NCBI GenBank assembly: GCA_030526245.1
Contig: JAUNDD010000002.1
Span: 35,972 to 99,971, forward strand
From: Lachnospiraceae bacterium
GTDB lineage: Bacteria > Bacillota > Clostridia > Lachnospirales > Lachnospiraceae
Length of the DNA: 64,000 bases
Direction of reading: 5' to 3'
Both the position numbers and the translations under genes were made by a program. Of the stretch, positions 23,619 to 33,434 are shown piece by piece. The stretch's first letter is position 1. The number at the start of each line of letters is the position of its first letter. Below the pieces are notes generated by a model, which ran no database searches, had not been told where the DNA came from, and saw only the letters and a list, made by a program, of their open reading frames with translations.

Positions 23619-24617
23619 ATGGCAGGTTTTGATCGGATCATTGGACATGAGCAGACTGTGATGCAGCTGAAGGCGTCCCTGCGGGAGGGACGGGTCAGTC
23701 ATGCCTGCATTATTGAAGGAAATCCGGGTTCCGGACGCCGGACGCTGGCACTGGCCTATGCGGCTGCGCTGGAATGCGAGGTGCTGACGGATGATTCCTG
23801 TACGGAGTGTACGTCCTGCAGGCAGGCGGCAAGCCACAATCACCCGGACATTATCTGGATCACCCACGAGAAGCCCTCGGTGATCAGTGTGGATGAGGTG
23901 CGGACTCAGCTGGTGGGGGACATTCAGATCAAGCCCTATTCCGGAAAGTATAAGATCTATATCATGCCGGAGGCGGAGAAGATGAATCAGGCAGCCCAGA
24001 ATGCGCTGCTGAAGACCCTGGAGGAGCCGCCGGCCTATGCGGTGATCCTGCTGCTGACCGCCAATGCCTCCTCCCTGCTGGAGACCATCCGGTCCCGCTG
24101 CGTGCACTATCAGCTGCGCCCCCTGGAGGATGAGCTGGTGCGCAAAACCGTGATGCAGCGGATGGAGGTGCCGGATTATCATGCGGCTTTGTGTGCCGCC
24201 TTTGGTCAGGGAAGCATCGGCAAGGCGCTGCAGCTGGCCGGATCGGAGAATTTTGTGCAGCTGCGGGATATGGCGCTGCGCATCGTGGCCAAGGCGCCGA
24301 CGATGTCCATCGCTGCCCTGGCAGCGGAGGTAAAGGAGGTCACCGAGTATAAGGTGACGATCCACGATTTCCTGGATATCCTGTCGATCTGGTATCGGGA
24401 TGTGCTGTATTTTAAGGCGACCCGGCAGACAGACCGGCTGATCATGCCGGATCAGATTCCCATGATTCGGCGGGCGGCGAGCAAGTGCTCCTACGAGGGT
24501 GTGGAAATGATCCTGGAGGCACTGGATAAGGCCAAGGCCCGTCTGGATGCCAATGTCAGCTTTGATCTGACCATGGAGCTTCTGTTTATGACCATCCGGG
24601 AGTATTCGGAGAAATAA
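23619..24617 (+). CDS. holB: DNA polymerase III subunit delta prime
   Basis: 332 aa. IIGHEQTVMQLKASLREGRVSHACIIEGNPGSGRRTLA, zinc module CTECTSC, KIYIMPEAEKMNQAAQNALLKTLEEPP and SRC motif TIRSRC. RBS ACAGGAGG. Confidence 0.9.
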   Translation: MAGFDRIIGHEQTVMQLKASLREGRVSHACIIEGNPGSGRRTLALAYAAALECEVLTDDSCTECTSCRQAASHNHPDIIWITHEKPSVISVDEVRTQLVGDIQIKPYSGKYKIYIMPEAEKMNQAAQNALLKTLEEPPAYAVILLLTANASSLLETIRSRCVHYQLRPLEDELVRKTVMQRMEVPDYHAALCAAFGQGSIGKALQLAGSENFVQLRDMALRIVAKAPTMSIAALAAEVKEVTEYKVTIHDFLDILSIWYRDVLYFKATRQTDRLIMPDQIPMIRRAASKCSYEGVEMILEALDKAKARLDANVSFDLTMELLFMTIREYSEK

Positions 24618-24784
24618 TGAATGAGAGTATGAGAGCATGGAAAGAAAAGGCATAGGCACAGGATCGTGTATGTCTTTCCTGAAATGACATATGTATGTTA
24701 GGAAGGCAGACGGCTTCGTTTGAAAAGACGCTTTCACGGTGTTTTTACCAAAGCCGGACTGCGCAGTGGAGAGTAAAAAGCAAG

Positions 24785-26104
24785 ATGATAAGAATTGTTG
24801 GCGTCCGTTTCAGAGATACGGGCAAATCGTACTATTTTGATCCGAAGGATTTTCAGCTCAGAGCCGGCATGCACGTTGTGGTTGAGACCGTGCATGGCCC
24901 GGAATACGGAACGGTATCGGGCGGGATCCGGGAAATGGAGGATGATAAAATCACACAGCCGCTGAAGGCGGTGCTTCGGATCGCGACCCCGGAGGATGAC
25001 GAACGGGTGGCAGTCAATCGTGTCCGTGAAAAGGAAGCCATGGTGATCTGTAAGGAAAAGATCCGCCGGCACGAGCTGGAGATGAAGCTGATCGATGTGG
25101 AATATGCCTTCGATAACAGCAAGATCCTGTTCTACTTTACCGCCGACGGACGCATCGATTTCAGGGAGCTGGTCAAGGATCTGGCATCGGTATTCCGGAC
25201 CAGAATCGAGCTGCGCCAGATCGGTGTGCGTGATGAGACCAAGATTTTGGGCGGTATCGGCATCTGCGGCCGGCCCCTTTGCTGCAGCACCTGGCTGTCG
25301 GATTTTGTACCGGTATCCATTAAGATGGCCAAGGAGCAGAATCTGTCCCTCAATCCCACCAAGATCTCGGGACTGTGCGGTCGTTTAATGTGCTGCCTGA
25401 AGAATGAGGAGGCCACCTACGAATATCTGAACAGCCGTCTGCCGGCGGTGGGCGATACCGCCGCCACAGCAGATGGCATGGAGGGCGTCGTCACCGAGGT
25501 CAATGTGCTGCGTCAGCGGGTCAAGCTGATGGTGGACCATGACGGCAATAAGGAGCTGCATGAGTTCCCGGCGGAGGAGCTGACCTTCCAGTCCAGAAAG
25601 CGCCGGGATAAAAAGGGCGGTGACCGCGCCGACCGGGGTAGCGAGGAGCGCCGGGAGGCCAGAGGTGAGCAGACCAGAAAGGACGGCCGCCCGGAGAGTG
25701 GAAAGAAGGACCGCCGGGAAAACCGGGGTGAGAACGGTCAGGGAGAGCAGCGCGAGGAGCGTGGTGAAGGCCGTAAGAGTCGCCGGGAAGACCGGGGAGA
25801 GAACGGCCGGAGAGAGCGCGAGGAGCGCGGTGAAGGCCAAAGAGATCGCCGGGAAGACCGGGGAGAGAACGGACGCAGAGAGCGCCGGGAGGATGGCGCC
25901 GGTCGTCCGGAGCGCAGAAAATTCAGAGAACGCCCGTCGGACCGGACCGCGGCCGGCGGTGAGGAAAACCAGGGACAGGAAGCCGGTGACCGGGGCGAAG
26001 GCTTTGAGAAACGACGTCCGCGCCGCCGCCGGCATGAGCGCGGCACCGGTGAGGAGAACGGCTCCGCTCCGGTGACAGACGGAGGCGAGCGCAGCCATGA
26101 ATAA
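24785..26104 (+). CDS. ricT: PSP1 domain protein (RicT/YaaT-like) with a ~170-aa Arg/Glu/Gly-rich C-terminal extension
   Basis: N-terminal 270 aa are typical PSP1 (VGVRFRDTGKSYYFDP, GGIGICGRPLCCSTWL, CGRLMCCLKNE). From about nt 25590 the sequence is a repetitive RREDRGENGRREREERGEG tract. The stop overlaps the next gene's start. Confidence 0.85.
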   Translation: MIRIVGVRFRDTGKSYYFDPKDFQLRAGMHVVVETVHGPEYGTVSGGIREMEDDKITQPLKAVLRIATPEDDERVAVNRVREKEAMVICKEKIRRHELEMKLIDVEYAFDNSKILFYFTADGRIDFRELVKDLASVFRTRIELRQIGVRDETKILGGIGICGRPLCCSTWLSDFVPVSIKMAKEQNLSLNPTKISGLCGRLMCCLKNEEATYEYLNSRLPAVGDTAATADGMEGVVTEVNVLRQRVKLMVDHDGNKELHEFPAEELTFQSRKRRDKKGGDRADRGSEERREARGEQTRKDGRPESGKKDRRENRGENGQGEQREERGEGRKSRREDRGENGRREREERGEGQRDRREDRGENGRRERREDGAGRPERRKFRERPSDRTAAGGEENQGQEAGDRGEGFEKRRPRRRRHERGTGEENGSAPVTDGGERSHE

Positions 26105-26837
26105 GGTAGAGCTCAAGCCCGGTGAGCGGCTGGACGACCTGCAGCGCTGCGGCTTTCAGATCATTCAGTCGGATGCATCCTTCTGCTTTGGCATGGATGC
26201 GGTCCTGCTGGCTGCCTTTGCGGGAGCGAAGGAAGGGGATCATGTGCTGGATCTGGGAACCGGAACGGGTGTGATCCCGTTGCTGATGCGGGCCAGAACG
26301 CCGGGCACCACCTACGAGGCCCTGGAGATCAATCCGGTCAGCGCGGATATGGCGGAGCGAAGCGTCCGCTATAATCAGATGGAAGAGGACATCCATGTGA
26401 TCCGGGGAGATCTGAAGGAGGTCCATACCCTGCTCAAGGCCGGAAGCTACGATGTGGTGACCTCCAATCCGCCCTATATGATCGGCGGACACGGACTGGT
26501 GGGGGCGGACGAAGGCAAGGCCGGTGCCCGGCATGAGATCTGGTGTACGCTGGATGATGTGACCCGGCAGGCGGCCAAAATGCTGAAGCCGGGAGGACGC
26601 TTCTGTATGGTACACCGGCCCTTCCGGCTGGCGGAGATCATCCGGTCCTTATCGGCCCACGGCCTGGAGCCCAAGCGGATGCGGCTGGTCTATCCCTTTG
26701 CCGATCGGGAGCCGAACATGGTGCTGATCGAATCCGTGCGGGGCGGCCGGCCCCGGATGACGGTGGAAAAGCCGCTGATCGTATATGAAGCACAGGGCGT
26801 GTATACTCAGGAGATCCTGGACCTGTACCGGGAGTGA
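26097..26837 (+). CDS. tRNA1(Val) (adenine37-N6)-methyltransferase-like SAM-dependent methyltransferase (YabB/TrmN6 type)
   Basis: 246 aa. SAM motif VLDLGTGTGVIPL and catalytic VTSNPPYM. Conserved position between ricT and rsmI. Confidence 0.8.
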   Translation: MNKVELKPGERLDDLQRCGFQIIQSDASFCFGMDAVLLAAFAGAKEGDHVLDLGTGTGVIPLLMRARTPGTTYEALEINPVSADMAERSVRYNQMEEDIHVIRGDLKEVHTLLKAGSYDVVTSNPPYMIGGHGLVGADEGKAGARHEIWCTLDDVTRQAAKMLKPGGRFCMVHRPFRLAEIIRSLSAHGLEPKRMRLVYPFADREPNMVLIESVRGGRPRMTVEKPLIVYEAQGVYTQEILDLYRE

Positions 26838-26943
26838 CGAAAAGAGATGCATACACGGTAAAGGTGAACGGTGCTGTCTTTCGGAGCGTGTCTCCCGGAG
26901 GAGAGACGGCGATGCGCACCCTGGCTGTAACAGAAAGGAAACT

Positions 26944-27810
26944 ATGGAAGAACTTGGCAGAGGAAAACTGATGCTGGTGGCAACACCCATCGGCAACCTG
27001 GAGGATATGACCTACCGGGCGGTCCGGGTCCTGCAGGAAGCGGATCTGATCGCAGCGGAGGATACCCGGGGCAGCTTAAAGCTGCTGAACCATTTTGATA
27101 TACATACGCCGATGACCAGCTATCACCAGAACAACCGGATCGAAAAGGCCCGGGTGCTGGTGGAGAAGATGCTGGGAGGCACCACCATCGCACTGGTCAC
27201 GGATGCGGGAACGCCGGGCATCTCCGATCCTGGTGAGGATCTGGTGCGCATGAGCCTGGAGGCCGGCATTCCGGTAACGAGTATTCCGGGAGCCTGTGCC
27301 TGCATCACGGCGCTGACCATGTCCGGGCAGGCGACCCGCCGGTTCTGCTTTGAGGCCTTTCTGCCGCCGGATAAGAAGCCGCGTCAGGAGGTGCTGGAGG
27401 AGCTGAAGGAAGAGACCCGTACCATCGTGATGTACGAGGCGCCGCATCGTCTGGTGCGTACGCTTAAGGAGCTGGCTCAGGTGCTGGGAAGCGAGCGGCC
27501 GGTGACCCTGTGCCGGGAGCTGACCAAGAAGCATGAGGAAAACTTTGTCAGCACCCTGGGCGGACTGATCGAGCGCTATGAGACCGGGGATGAGCCCCGG
27601 GGCGAGTGCGTCCTGGTGATCGCCGGCCGGGACCGGCGGGAGATGAAGCTGGAGCAGCAGCAGGAGTGGCGCAGGCTCAGCCCTGGGGAGCATGTCCGGC
27701 TGTATGAAGAGCAGGGAATGGACCGGAAGGCGGCCATGAAGGCGGCTGCGAAGGACCGGGGCGTGTCCAAGAGTGACCTGTACCGGCAGCTGCTCGAGGA
27801 GAATGAATAA
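26944..27810 (+). CDS. rsmI: 16S rRNA (cytidine1402-2'-O)-methyltransferase
   Basis: KLMLVATPIGNLEDMTYRAVRVLQEADLIAAEDTR...TDAGTPGISDPG is the tetrapyrrole-methylase fold typical of RsmI. The longer ORF from 26785 lacks support. Confidence 0.9.
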   Translation: MEELGRGKLMLVATPIGNLEDMTYRAVRVLQEADLIAAEDTRGSLKLLNHFDIHTPMTSYHQNNRIEKARVLVEKMLGGTTIALVTDAGTPGISDPGEDLVRMSLEAGIPVTSIPGACACITALTMSGQATRRFCFEAFLPPDKKPRQEVLEELKEETRTIVMYEAPHRLVRTLKELAQVLGSERPVTLCRELTKKHEENFVSTLGGLIERYETGDEPRGECVLVIAGRDRREMKLEQQQEWRRLSPGEHVRLYEEQGMDRKAAMKAAAKDRGVSKSDLYRQLLEENE

Positions 27811-27875
27811 CAGCAGGAGTCGGAGGCGTTCGCTGGAATGCCGGTCCTGCGTGGAGGATAAAAAGGAGGAAGTCA

Positions 27876-28592
27876 ATGGGCAAGATCTATGGAGTCGTGC
27901 TGGCCGGAGGTATCGGAAGCCGCATGGGAAATGTGGAAAAACCGAAGCAGTTTCTGGAGCTGAAGGATAAGCCGATCATTGTACATACACTGGAAAAGTT
28001 TGCGGTCTATCCGGAGATGGATGAGGTGCTGGTGCTGACGCCGAAGGCATGGGTCAGCTTTACCCAGGATACCATCCGCCGGTATATCCCCAATGCGGAC
28101 GAACACATCAAGGTGCTGGCCGGCGGCGAGACCCGCAACGAGACGATCATGAATGCGATCCGTTACATTGAGGAGTGCGGCTGCTTGGATGAGGAGACCA
28201 TCATCGTGACCCACGATTCGGTGCGCCCCTTCGTGACCCATCGGATCCTGGAGGAGAACATCCGGTACGCCAGACAGTACGGTGCGACGGATACGGTGAT
28301 CCCGGCTACGGATACCATCGTGGAGAGCACCGGCGGGGATCAGATCACCTCGATCCCGAACCGCAAATACATGTATCAGGGCCAGACGCCCCAGACCTTC
28401 CATGCCCTTCGTCTGAAGCAGCTGTATGAGGCGCTGACGGATGAGGAGAAGGATGTGCTGACGGATGCCTGCAAGATCCTGGTGCTGAAGGGCGAGCATG
28501 TGCATCTGGTACAGGGTGAGACCTTTAACATCAAGATCACCTACCCCTATGATCTGACGGTGGCCAAGGCACTGCTCGGACTGGAAGAGTGA
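27876..28592 (+). CDS. tarI: ribitol-5-phosphate cytidylyltransferase (IspD family)
   Basis: 238 aa. VVLAGGIGSRMGNVEKPKQFLEL and VTHDSVRPFV. Immediately followed by a TarJ-like reductase. RBS AAAAGGAGGAA. Confidence 0.85.
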   Translation: MGKIYGVVLAGGIGSRMGNVEKPKQFLELKDKPIIVHTLEKFAVYPEMDEVLVLTPKAWVSFTQDTIRRYIPNADEHIKVLAGGETRNETIMNAIRYIEECGCLDEETIIVTHDSVRPFVTHRILEENIRYARQYGATDTVIPATDTIVESTGGDQITSIPNRKYMYQGQTPQTFHALRLKQLYEALTDEEKDVLTDACKILVLKGEHVHLVQGETFNIKITYPYDLTVAKALLGLEE

Positions 28593-28605
28593 GAGGAGGG
28601 AGCCC

Positions 28606-29655
28606 ATGCTTAATGCTGTATATCAGCTGGTGAGACCCAGACAGTTTGAGGTCAGCTTTTCCCACATCGATCTGAACGGCGGGGACGTGATCGTACGTCC
28701 CACCCATCTGTCCATCTGTAATGCCGACCAGCGGTACTACCAGGGCAAGCGTTCGGAGGAGATCCTGCGGCAGAAGCTGCCCATGGCCCTGATCCACGAG
28801 GCCATCGGCCGGGTGGTGGCCGATCCCACCGGCACCTTTGCACCGGGAGACAAGGTGGTCATGATCCCGAATGTACCGGTTCTGCCGGAGGATCCGGCGG
28901 AATGTCCCCAGGTGGTGGCTGAAAACTACCGGCGCTCCAGTAAATTCCGGGGCAGCAGCCTGGATGGCTTTATGCAGGAGTACATCGCCACCCGTCCGGA
29001 CCGTCTGGTGAAGATCCCGGACTGCATCGACAACGATCTGGTGGCAGCCTTTACGGAGATGGTCAGCGTCTGCTACCACGCCATCAGCCGCTTTGAGCGC
29101 ACGGCCCATGCGGTGCGCGGCACCATCGGTGTCTGGGGCGACGGAAATATGGGATATTTTACCGCGCTGCTGCTCCACGCCCGTTTCCCGGAGGCAAAGA
29201 TCCTGGTATTCGGTGTGGATGAGAGCAAGCTCAGCGACTTTACCTTTGCGGATGCTGTATACAAGGTGAATGCGATCCCGAAGGATCTGATCGTGGACCA
29301 CGCCTTTGAGTGCGTGGGCGGTATGGTGTCCGGTACGGTCATCGGGCAGATCATCGATCATATCCGGCCGGAGGGAACCATCGCGATCCTGGGTGTATCC
29401 GAGGAGCCGGTGCCCATCTATACCAGAATGGTACTGGAAAAGGGCCTGCGGATCATCGGCACCAGCCGCAGCGGCTACGAAGACTTTGCAGGTGTGATCG
29501 AGCTGTACGCCCAGCGTCCGGATGTGGTCAACTATCTGGAAAAGATGGTTGGCGCGGTGGTGGATATCCGCAGTATCCGGGACATCAATGAGGCCTTTGA
29601 GATGGACATCGCCAAGGCTGGCGGCAAGACCATCATGCATTGGGAATGCTTCTGA
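28606..29655 (+). CDS. tarJ: ribulose-5-phosphate reductase (zinc-dependent MDR family)
   Basis: 349 aa. N-terminus MLNAVYQLVRPRQFE...THLSICNADQRYYQG is typical of TarJ. Follows tarI. Confidence 0.8.
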   Translation: MLNAVYQLVRPRQFEVSFSHIDLNGGDVIVRPTHLSICNADQRYYQGKRSEEILRQKLPMALIHEAIGRVVADPTGTFAPGDKVVMIPNVPVLPEDPAECPQVVAENYRRSSKFRGSSLDGFMQEYIATRPDRLVKIPDCIDNDLVAAFTEMVSVCYHAISRFERTAHAVRGTIGVWGDGNMGYFTALLLHARFPEAKILVFGVDESKLSDFTFADAVYKVNAIPKDLIVDHAFECVGGMVSGTVIGQIIDHIRPEGTIAILGVSEEPVPIYTRMVLEKGLRIIGTSRSGYEDFAGVIELYAQRPDVVNYLEKMVGAVVDIRSIRDINEAFEMDIAKAGGKTIMHWECF

Positions 29656-30899
29656 TGGGCATGAAAAAGACCGTCCGTGGATGGATCAGTGCCGCACCTT
29701 TTGTAAAGGTGCGGCATTTTCTCGGACACCGACGGGATGATCTGGAATATTTCCTGGAATATCCGGCGCTGTACCGGCGGGAGGCCCGCCGGCCGGTGGA
29801 GGAAAACAAGGTCGTGATGATCGAGGTGCGGCTGGAGGGAATCAGCAATAACTTTACCCTGCTGCACCGGGAGCTGACCGGGACCTATGGTCTGGATGTG
29901 CATGTGCATCATCTGCGCACTGGTTTTGTGGGGCACCGGGAGTACCGGCGCCGCTGCCGGGCACTGATCCGGGATCTGGCTACGGCTAAATATGTGCTGA
30001 TCAACGAGGGGTCTCTCGTTTTATCCTGTCTGCCGCTGCGAAAGGAGACCGTCTGCGTGCAGACCTGGCATGCCTGCGGGGCCTTTAAGCGCTTCGGTAT
30101 GAGTACGGGAAAGTATCTGTTCGGCATGGATGAGAAGCGTCAGCGCCGGCATCCCCAGTATCGGGGCTATACCTTCGCCACGGTGAGCAGTCCGGAGGTG
30201 GTCTGGGCCTATGCGGAGGCCTTTGATATGAAGGAGATGGATTACGAAAAGGTGATCCGGCCTCTGGGTGTCAGCCGGACGGATATCTACTTCGATCCGG
30301 CGGCCAGGGACAGGGCCTTTGCGCATCTGTATCAGGCCTTTCCGGCGGCTCGGGGCAAAAAAGTGATCCTGTATGCCCCCACCTTCCGGGGCAGGGTGGC
30401 AGATGGCATCACAGCGGACCGGCTGGATGCGGAAGCCTTTTACCGGGCTCTGGGAGAGGAGTATGTGCTGATCACAAAGCATCACCCGGTGACGAAAAAG
30501 CTGCCGGAGCTGCCGGAGGAGCTGGTGGGAAGCTTTGTATACGATGCCACCCGCAGTCTGAGCATTGAGGATCTGCTGCTGGTCAGTGACGTGTGCATTT
30601 CCGACTATTCCTCCCTGATCTATGAGTACTCCCTGCTGGAGCGGCCCATGCTGTTTTTTGCCTATGACCTGGAGGAGTACTATGACTGGCGCGGCTTTTA
30701 CTACAGCTATGAGGAGCTGACACCGGGGCCGGTGTGCCGGACCAATGAGGAGCTGATCGACTGGATCGCTCACCTGGAGGAGCGGTTTGACCGGCAGCAG
30801 GTCATCGACTTTAAGGACCGGTTCATGTCGGCCTGTGACGGGCATGCCACGGAGCGGATCCTGAAGGAGATGAAGGTGGCAGAAGGGTCGACAGTATGA
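29655..30899 (+). CDS. CDP-glycerol/CDP-ribitol poly(alditol phosphate) phosphotransferase, TagF/TarL family (paralog 1)
   Basis: Motifs TWHACGAFKRFG, YAPTFRG and ISDYSSLIYEYSLLERPMLFFAYD, with C-terminal FMSACDGHATERI. The start overlaps the tarJ stop (TGATG); ATG 29640, 29646 and 29661 are also in frame. Confidence 0.85.
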   Translation: MGMKKTVRGWISAAPFVKVRHFLGHRRDDLEYFLEYPALYRREARRPVEENKVVMIEVRLEGISNNFTLLHRELTGTYGLDVHVHHLRTGFVGHREYRRRCRALIRDLATAKYVLINEGSLVLSCLPLRKETVCVQTWHACGAFKRFGMSTGKYLFGMDEKRQRRHPQYRGYTFATVSSPEVVWAYAEAFDMKEMDYEKVIRPLGVSRTDIYFDPAARDRAFAHLYQAFPAARGKKVILYAPTFRGRVADGITADRLDAEAFYRALGEEYVLITKHHPVTKKLPELPEELVGSFVYDATRSLSIEDLLLVSDVCISDYSSLIYEYSLLERPMLFFAYDLEEYYDWRGFYYSYEELTPGPVCRTNEELIDWIAHLEERFDRQQVIDFKDRFMSACDGHATERILKEMKVAEGSTV

Positions 30900-32056
30900 A
30901 TATCAAACTATTCTTAAAGCAATACGTTAAAATGGCAGCACAGAAGGTTGTGCTGCCTGTTATCTATCGGCGCTGGCGCGGCGAAGGGGTGGATCCGAAG
31001 CTGGTGATCCTGGCGGATGCCCACCACAACGAGCGGCCGGAAAACATGCGGCTGCTGTACGAGGCGCTGAAGGCGGCGCCGGAGAACTATCATATCCGGG
31101 AGATGTACCTGGATTACGGCCGGTCATCTGCCGGACAGGTATTTCGGCACATGGCGGATTTCATGAAGTGGTATGCCCGGGCCTCGTCGGTGGTGATTTG
31201 TGACAACTTTCTGCCGGCGGCGGGCTGCCGGAAGCGGCCCGAGACCCAGGTGATCCAGCTTTGGCACGCCTGCGGGAGCCTGAAGCGTTTCGGATACGAT
31301 ACCACCGGAGACATTCCCGCCAATTACCGCGGCAACGTCTTCCGGAATACGGATGTGGTGACGGTATCGGCACCGGCCTGTGTGCCGGCCTTTGCCGGCG
31401 CCATGCGTCTGCCCCGGGAGGCGGTGCAGCCCCTGGGGGTGAGCCGAACGGACCGCTACGCCGATCCGGCCTGGGCAGCTGCCTGCCGGGAAAAGTTTGA
31501 AAGGCTGTATCCCCAGGCGGCGGGCCGCAAGATCGTCCTGTGGGCTCCGACCTTCCGGGGCAGTCCCGGGGCTCCGGTGGTGGAACTGCCGGACCTGGAG
31601 AGGCTGAGCCGGGAGCTGGGTGAGGAGACCAGGCTGATCGTGCGGCTGCATCCCCATATGAAGGAGGCGGCGGGACAGCTTTCGGCGGAGATGACCGCCG
31701 AGGGGATGACCACCGAAGAACTCTTTGCGGTGACGGATGTGCTGATCGCGGACTATTCCTCGCTGATCTTTGAATATCTGCTCTTTGGGGGGCGGCTGGT
31801 TCGCTATGCCCCGGATCTGGAGCACTATATAAAAGAGAGAGGCTTCTATCTGGATTACAGCAGTATCCCCGGCGAGCTTGTCCTGGAGGAGCCGAAGCTG
31901 GCGCCGGCGGTACGCCGGGCTCTGGAGACGGAAGAAACGCCGGAAGAGGCGCAGAAGCGAAAGCAGTTTCTGCAGCGGTACATGAGTGCCTGCGACGGAC
32001 ATGCCACGCAGCGGGTGGCGGAGCTGATCCGGAAGCACGGGGAGTCGATTCGCTGA
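30896..32056 (+). CDS. TagF/TarL family phosphotransferase (paralog 2)
   Basis: 386 aa. LWHACGSLKRFG, WAPTFRG, IADYSSLIFEYLLFGG and YMSACDGHATQRV. ATGA overlap with paralog 1. Confidence 0.85.
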   Translation: MNIKLFLKQYVKMAAQKVVLPVIYRRWRGEGVDPKLVILADAHHNERPENMRLLYEALKAAPENYHIREMYLDYGRSSAGQVFRHMADFMKWYARASSVVICDNFLPAAGCRKRPETQVIQLWHACGSLKRFGYDTTGDIPANYRGNVFRNTDVVTVSAPACVPAFAGAMRLPREAVQPLGVSRTDRYADPAWAAACREKFERLYPQAAGRKIVLWAPTFRGSPGAPVVELPDLERLSRELGEETRLIVRLHPHMKEAAGQLSAEMTAEGMTTEELFAVTDVLIADYSSLIFEYLLFGGRLVRYAPDLEHYIKERGFYLDYSSIPGELVLEEPKLAPAVRRALETEETPEEAQKRKQFLQRYMSACDGHATQRVAELIRKHGESIR

Positions 32057-32102
32057 GCGGGTAGCAGAGCTGATCCGGAAGCACGGGGAGTCGATTCGCT
32101 GA
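32011..32102 (+). repeat. 46-bp tandem duplication (44/46 identity) of the 3' end and stop codon of TagF paralog 2
   Basis: GCGGGT(G/A)GC(G/A)GAGCTGATCCGGAAGCACGGGGAGTCGATTCGCTGA at 32011-32056 and 32057-32102. The last 36 bp are identical. Confidence 0.9.
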
Positions 32103-32195
32103 CCGGGGAAGACAGCGCAAACAGACGAAGAAGCCAGAGGCTCGGTGCAGCATAAAGGCGGACAGCGGATGACGGAATCAGGAGGACCAGACGAG

Positions 32196-33434
32196 ATGAA
32201 AAAGATAAAAGAATGTCTGAAGACACTGGCCAAGGATGTGGTCTTAAAAGGCTACTATCCGGCACTCTACCGGCGGCTGAGCCGGAGACCGGTGGAAAAA
32301 AAGGTGGTCCTGCTGGAGGTGCGCCGGGAACGGCTCTCCGAAAACTTTGAGACCATCTATCCCGAGCTTCGCCGGGGACGGGGCTGGAAGGTGCGGGTCT
32401 GCTGCATCCAGGAGGGAGTGGCGGACCGGCTGACGGTGATCCGAAACTGCCGGCGGGCAATTCGGGAAATATCCACCGCCTCGGTGGTGCTGATGAACGA
32501 TACCTGCTACATGATCGGAGCCCTGCCCCTTCGTCCGGAAACAAAGGTGATCCAGCTGTGGCACGCCTGCGGAGCCTTTAAGCGGGTGGGCTATTCCACG
32601 GCGGATGCCGGCTTTGGACGCGGCACGAAGGAGCTGGAGAAATACGGTCTGTACCGGAACATCTCGAAGGTGGCGGTGAGCAGTCCGGGGGTGCGCTGGG
32701 CCTATGCGGAGGCCTTTGATATGAAGGATCGTCCGGAGGATGTGGTGGCGGCCGGGGTGGCCCGCACGGATCTGTTCTACAGCCGGAAGCGGGTGAAAAA
32801 AGCCTACGAGCGTCTGCATTCGGTCCTGCCGGAGCTGAGCGGCAGCCGGCGGATCGTGCTGTATGCCCCCACCTTCCGGGGGCAGAGCGGACAGGCCTTT
32901 TCCCCGGAGGAGCTGGATCTGGTGCAGCTGAAGCGGCAGCTGGGAGAGCGCTGCTGCCTGCTCATCAAACACCATCCGCTGGTAAAGAAGCGACCGCCGA
33001 TTCCGGCGGAGTGCAGCGGCTTTGCCTTTGATGTGTCGGACCGGATGGATATTACGGATCTTCTGATGACGGCGGACATCTGTATCACGGACTATTCGTC
33101 GGTGATCTTTGAGTATTCACTGCTCAATCGGCCGATCATTTTGTTTGCACCGGACCTGGAAGCGTATTATGATGAGCGGGGCTTTTATTATCCCTTTGAT
33201 CAGATCGCACCCGGACCGGTGGCAAAGACCACGGAGGAGCTCGGCCGCTATGTGGAAAATATAGAGGAATACTTTGATCCGGATGCACTGGAGGATTTTC
33301 GCATACGTTTCATGAGTGCCTGCGATGGCCATGCCACACGCCGGGTACTTGAACTGATGGAGGAGCTATGGGTAAAATATTCTGCCTGCTCGGCAAGAGC
33401 GCCACAGGAAAAGACACCATCTACGAACAGCTGA
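32196..33434 (+). CDS. TagF/TarL family phosphotransferase (paralog 3)
   Basis: Start ATG 32196 after AGGAGG. LWHACGAFKRVG, YAPTFRG, ITDYSSVIFEYSLLNRPIILFAPD and FMSACDGHATRRV. The 3' end overlaps the next gene by 67 nt. Confidence 0.85.
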   Translation: MKKIKECLKTLAKDVVLKGYYPALYRRLSRRPVEKKVVLLEVRRERLSENFETIYPELRRGRGWKVRVCCIQEGVADRLTVIRNCRRAIREISTASVVLMNDTCYMIGALPLRPETKVIQLWHACGAFKRVGYSTADAGFGRGTKELEKYGLYRNISKVAVSSPGVRWAYAEAFDMKDRPEDVVAAGVARTDLFYSRKRVKKAYERLHSVLPELSGSRRIVLYAPTFRGQSGQAFSPEELDLVQLKRQLGERCCLLIKHHPLVKKRPPIPAECSGFAFDVSDRMDITDLLMTADICITDYSSVIFEYSLLNRPIILFAPDLEAYYDERGFYYPFDQIAPGPVAKTTEELGRYVENIEEYFDPDALEDFRIRFMSACDGHATRRVLELMEELWVKYSACSARAPQEKTPSTNS

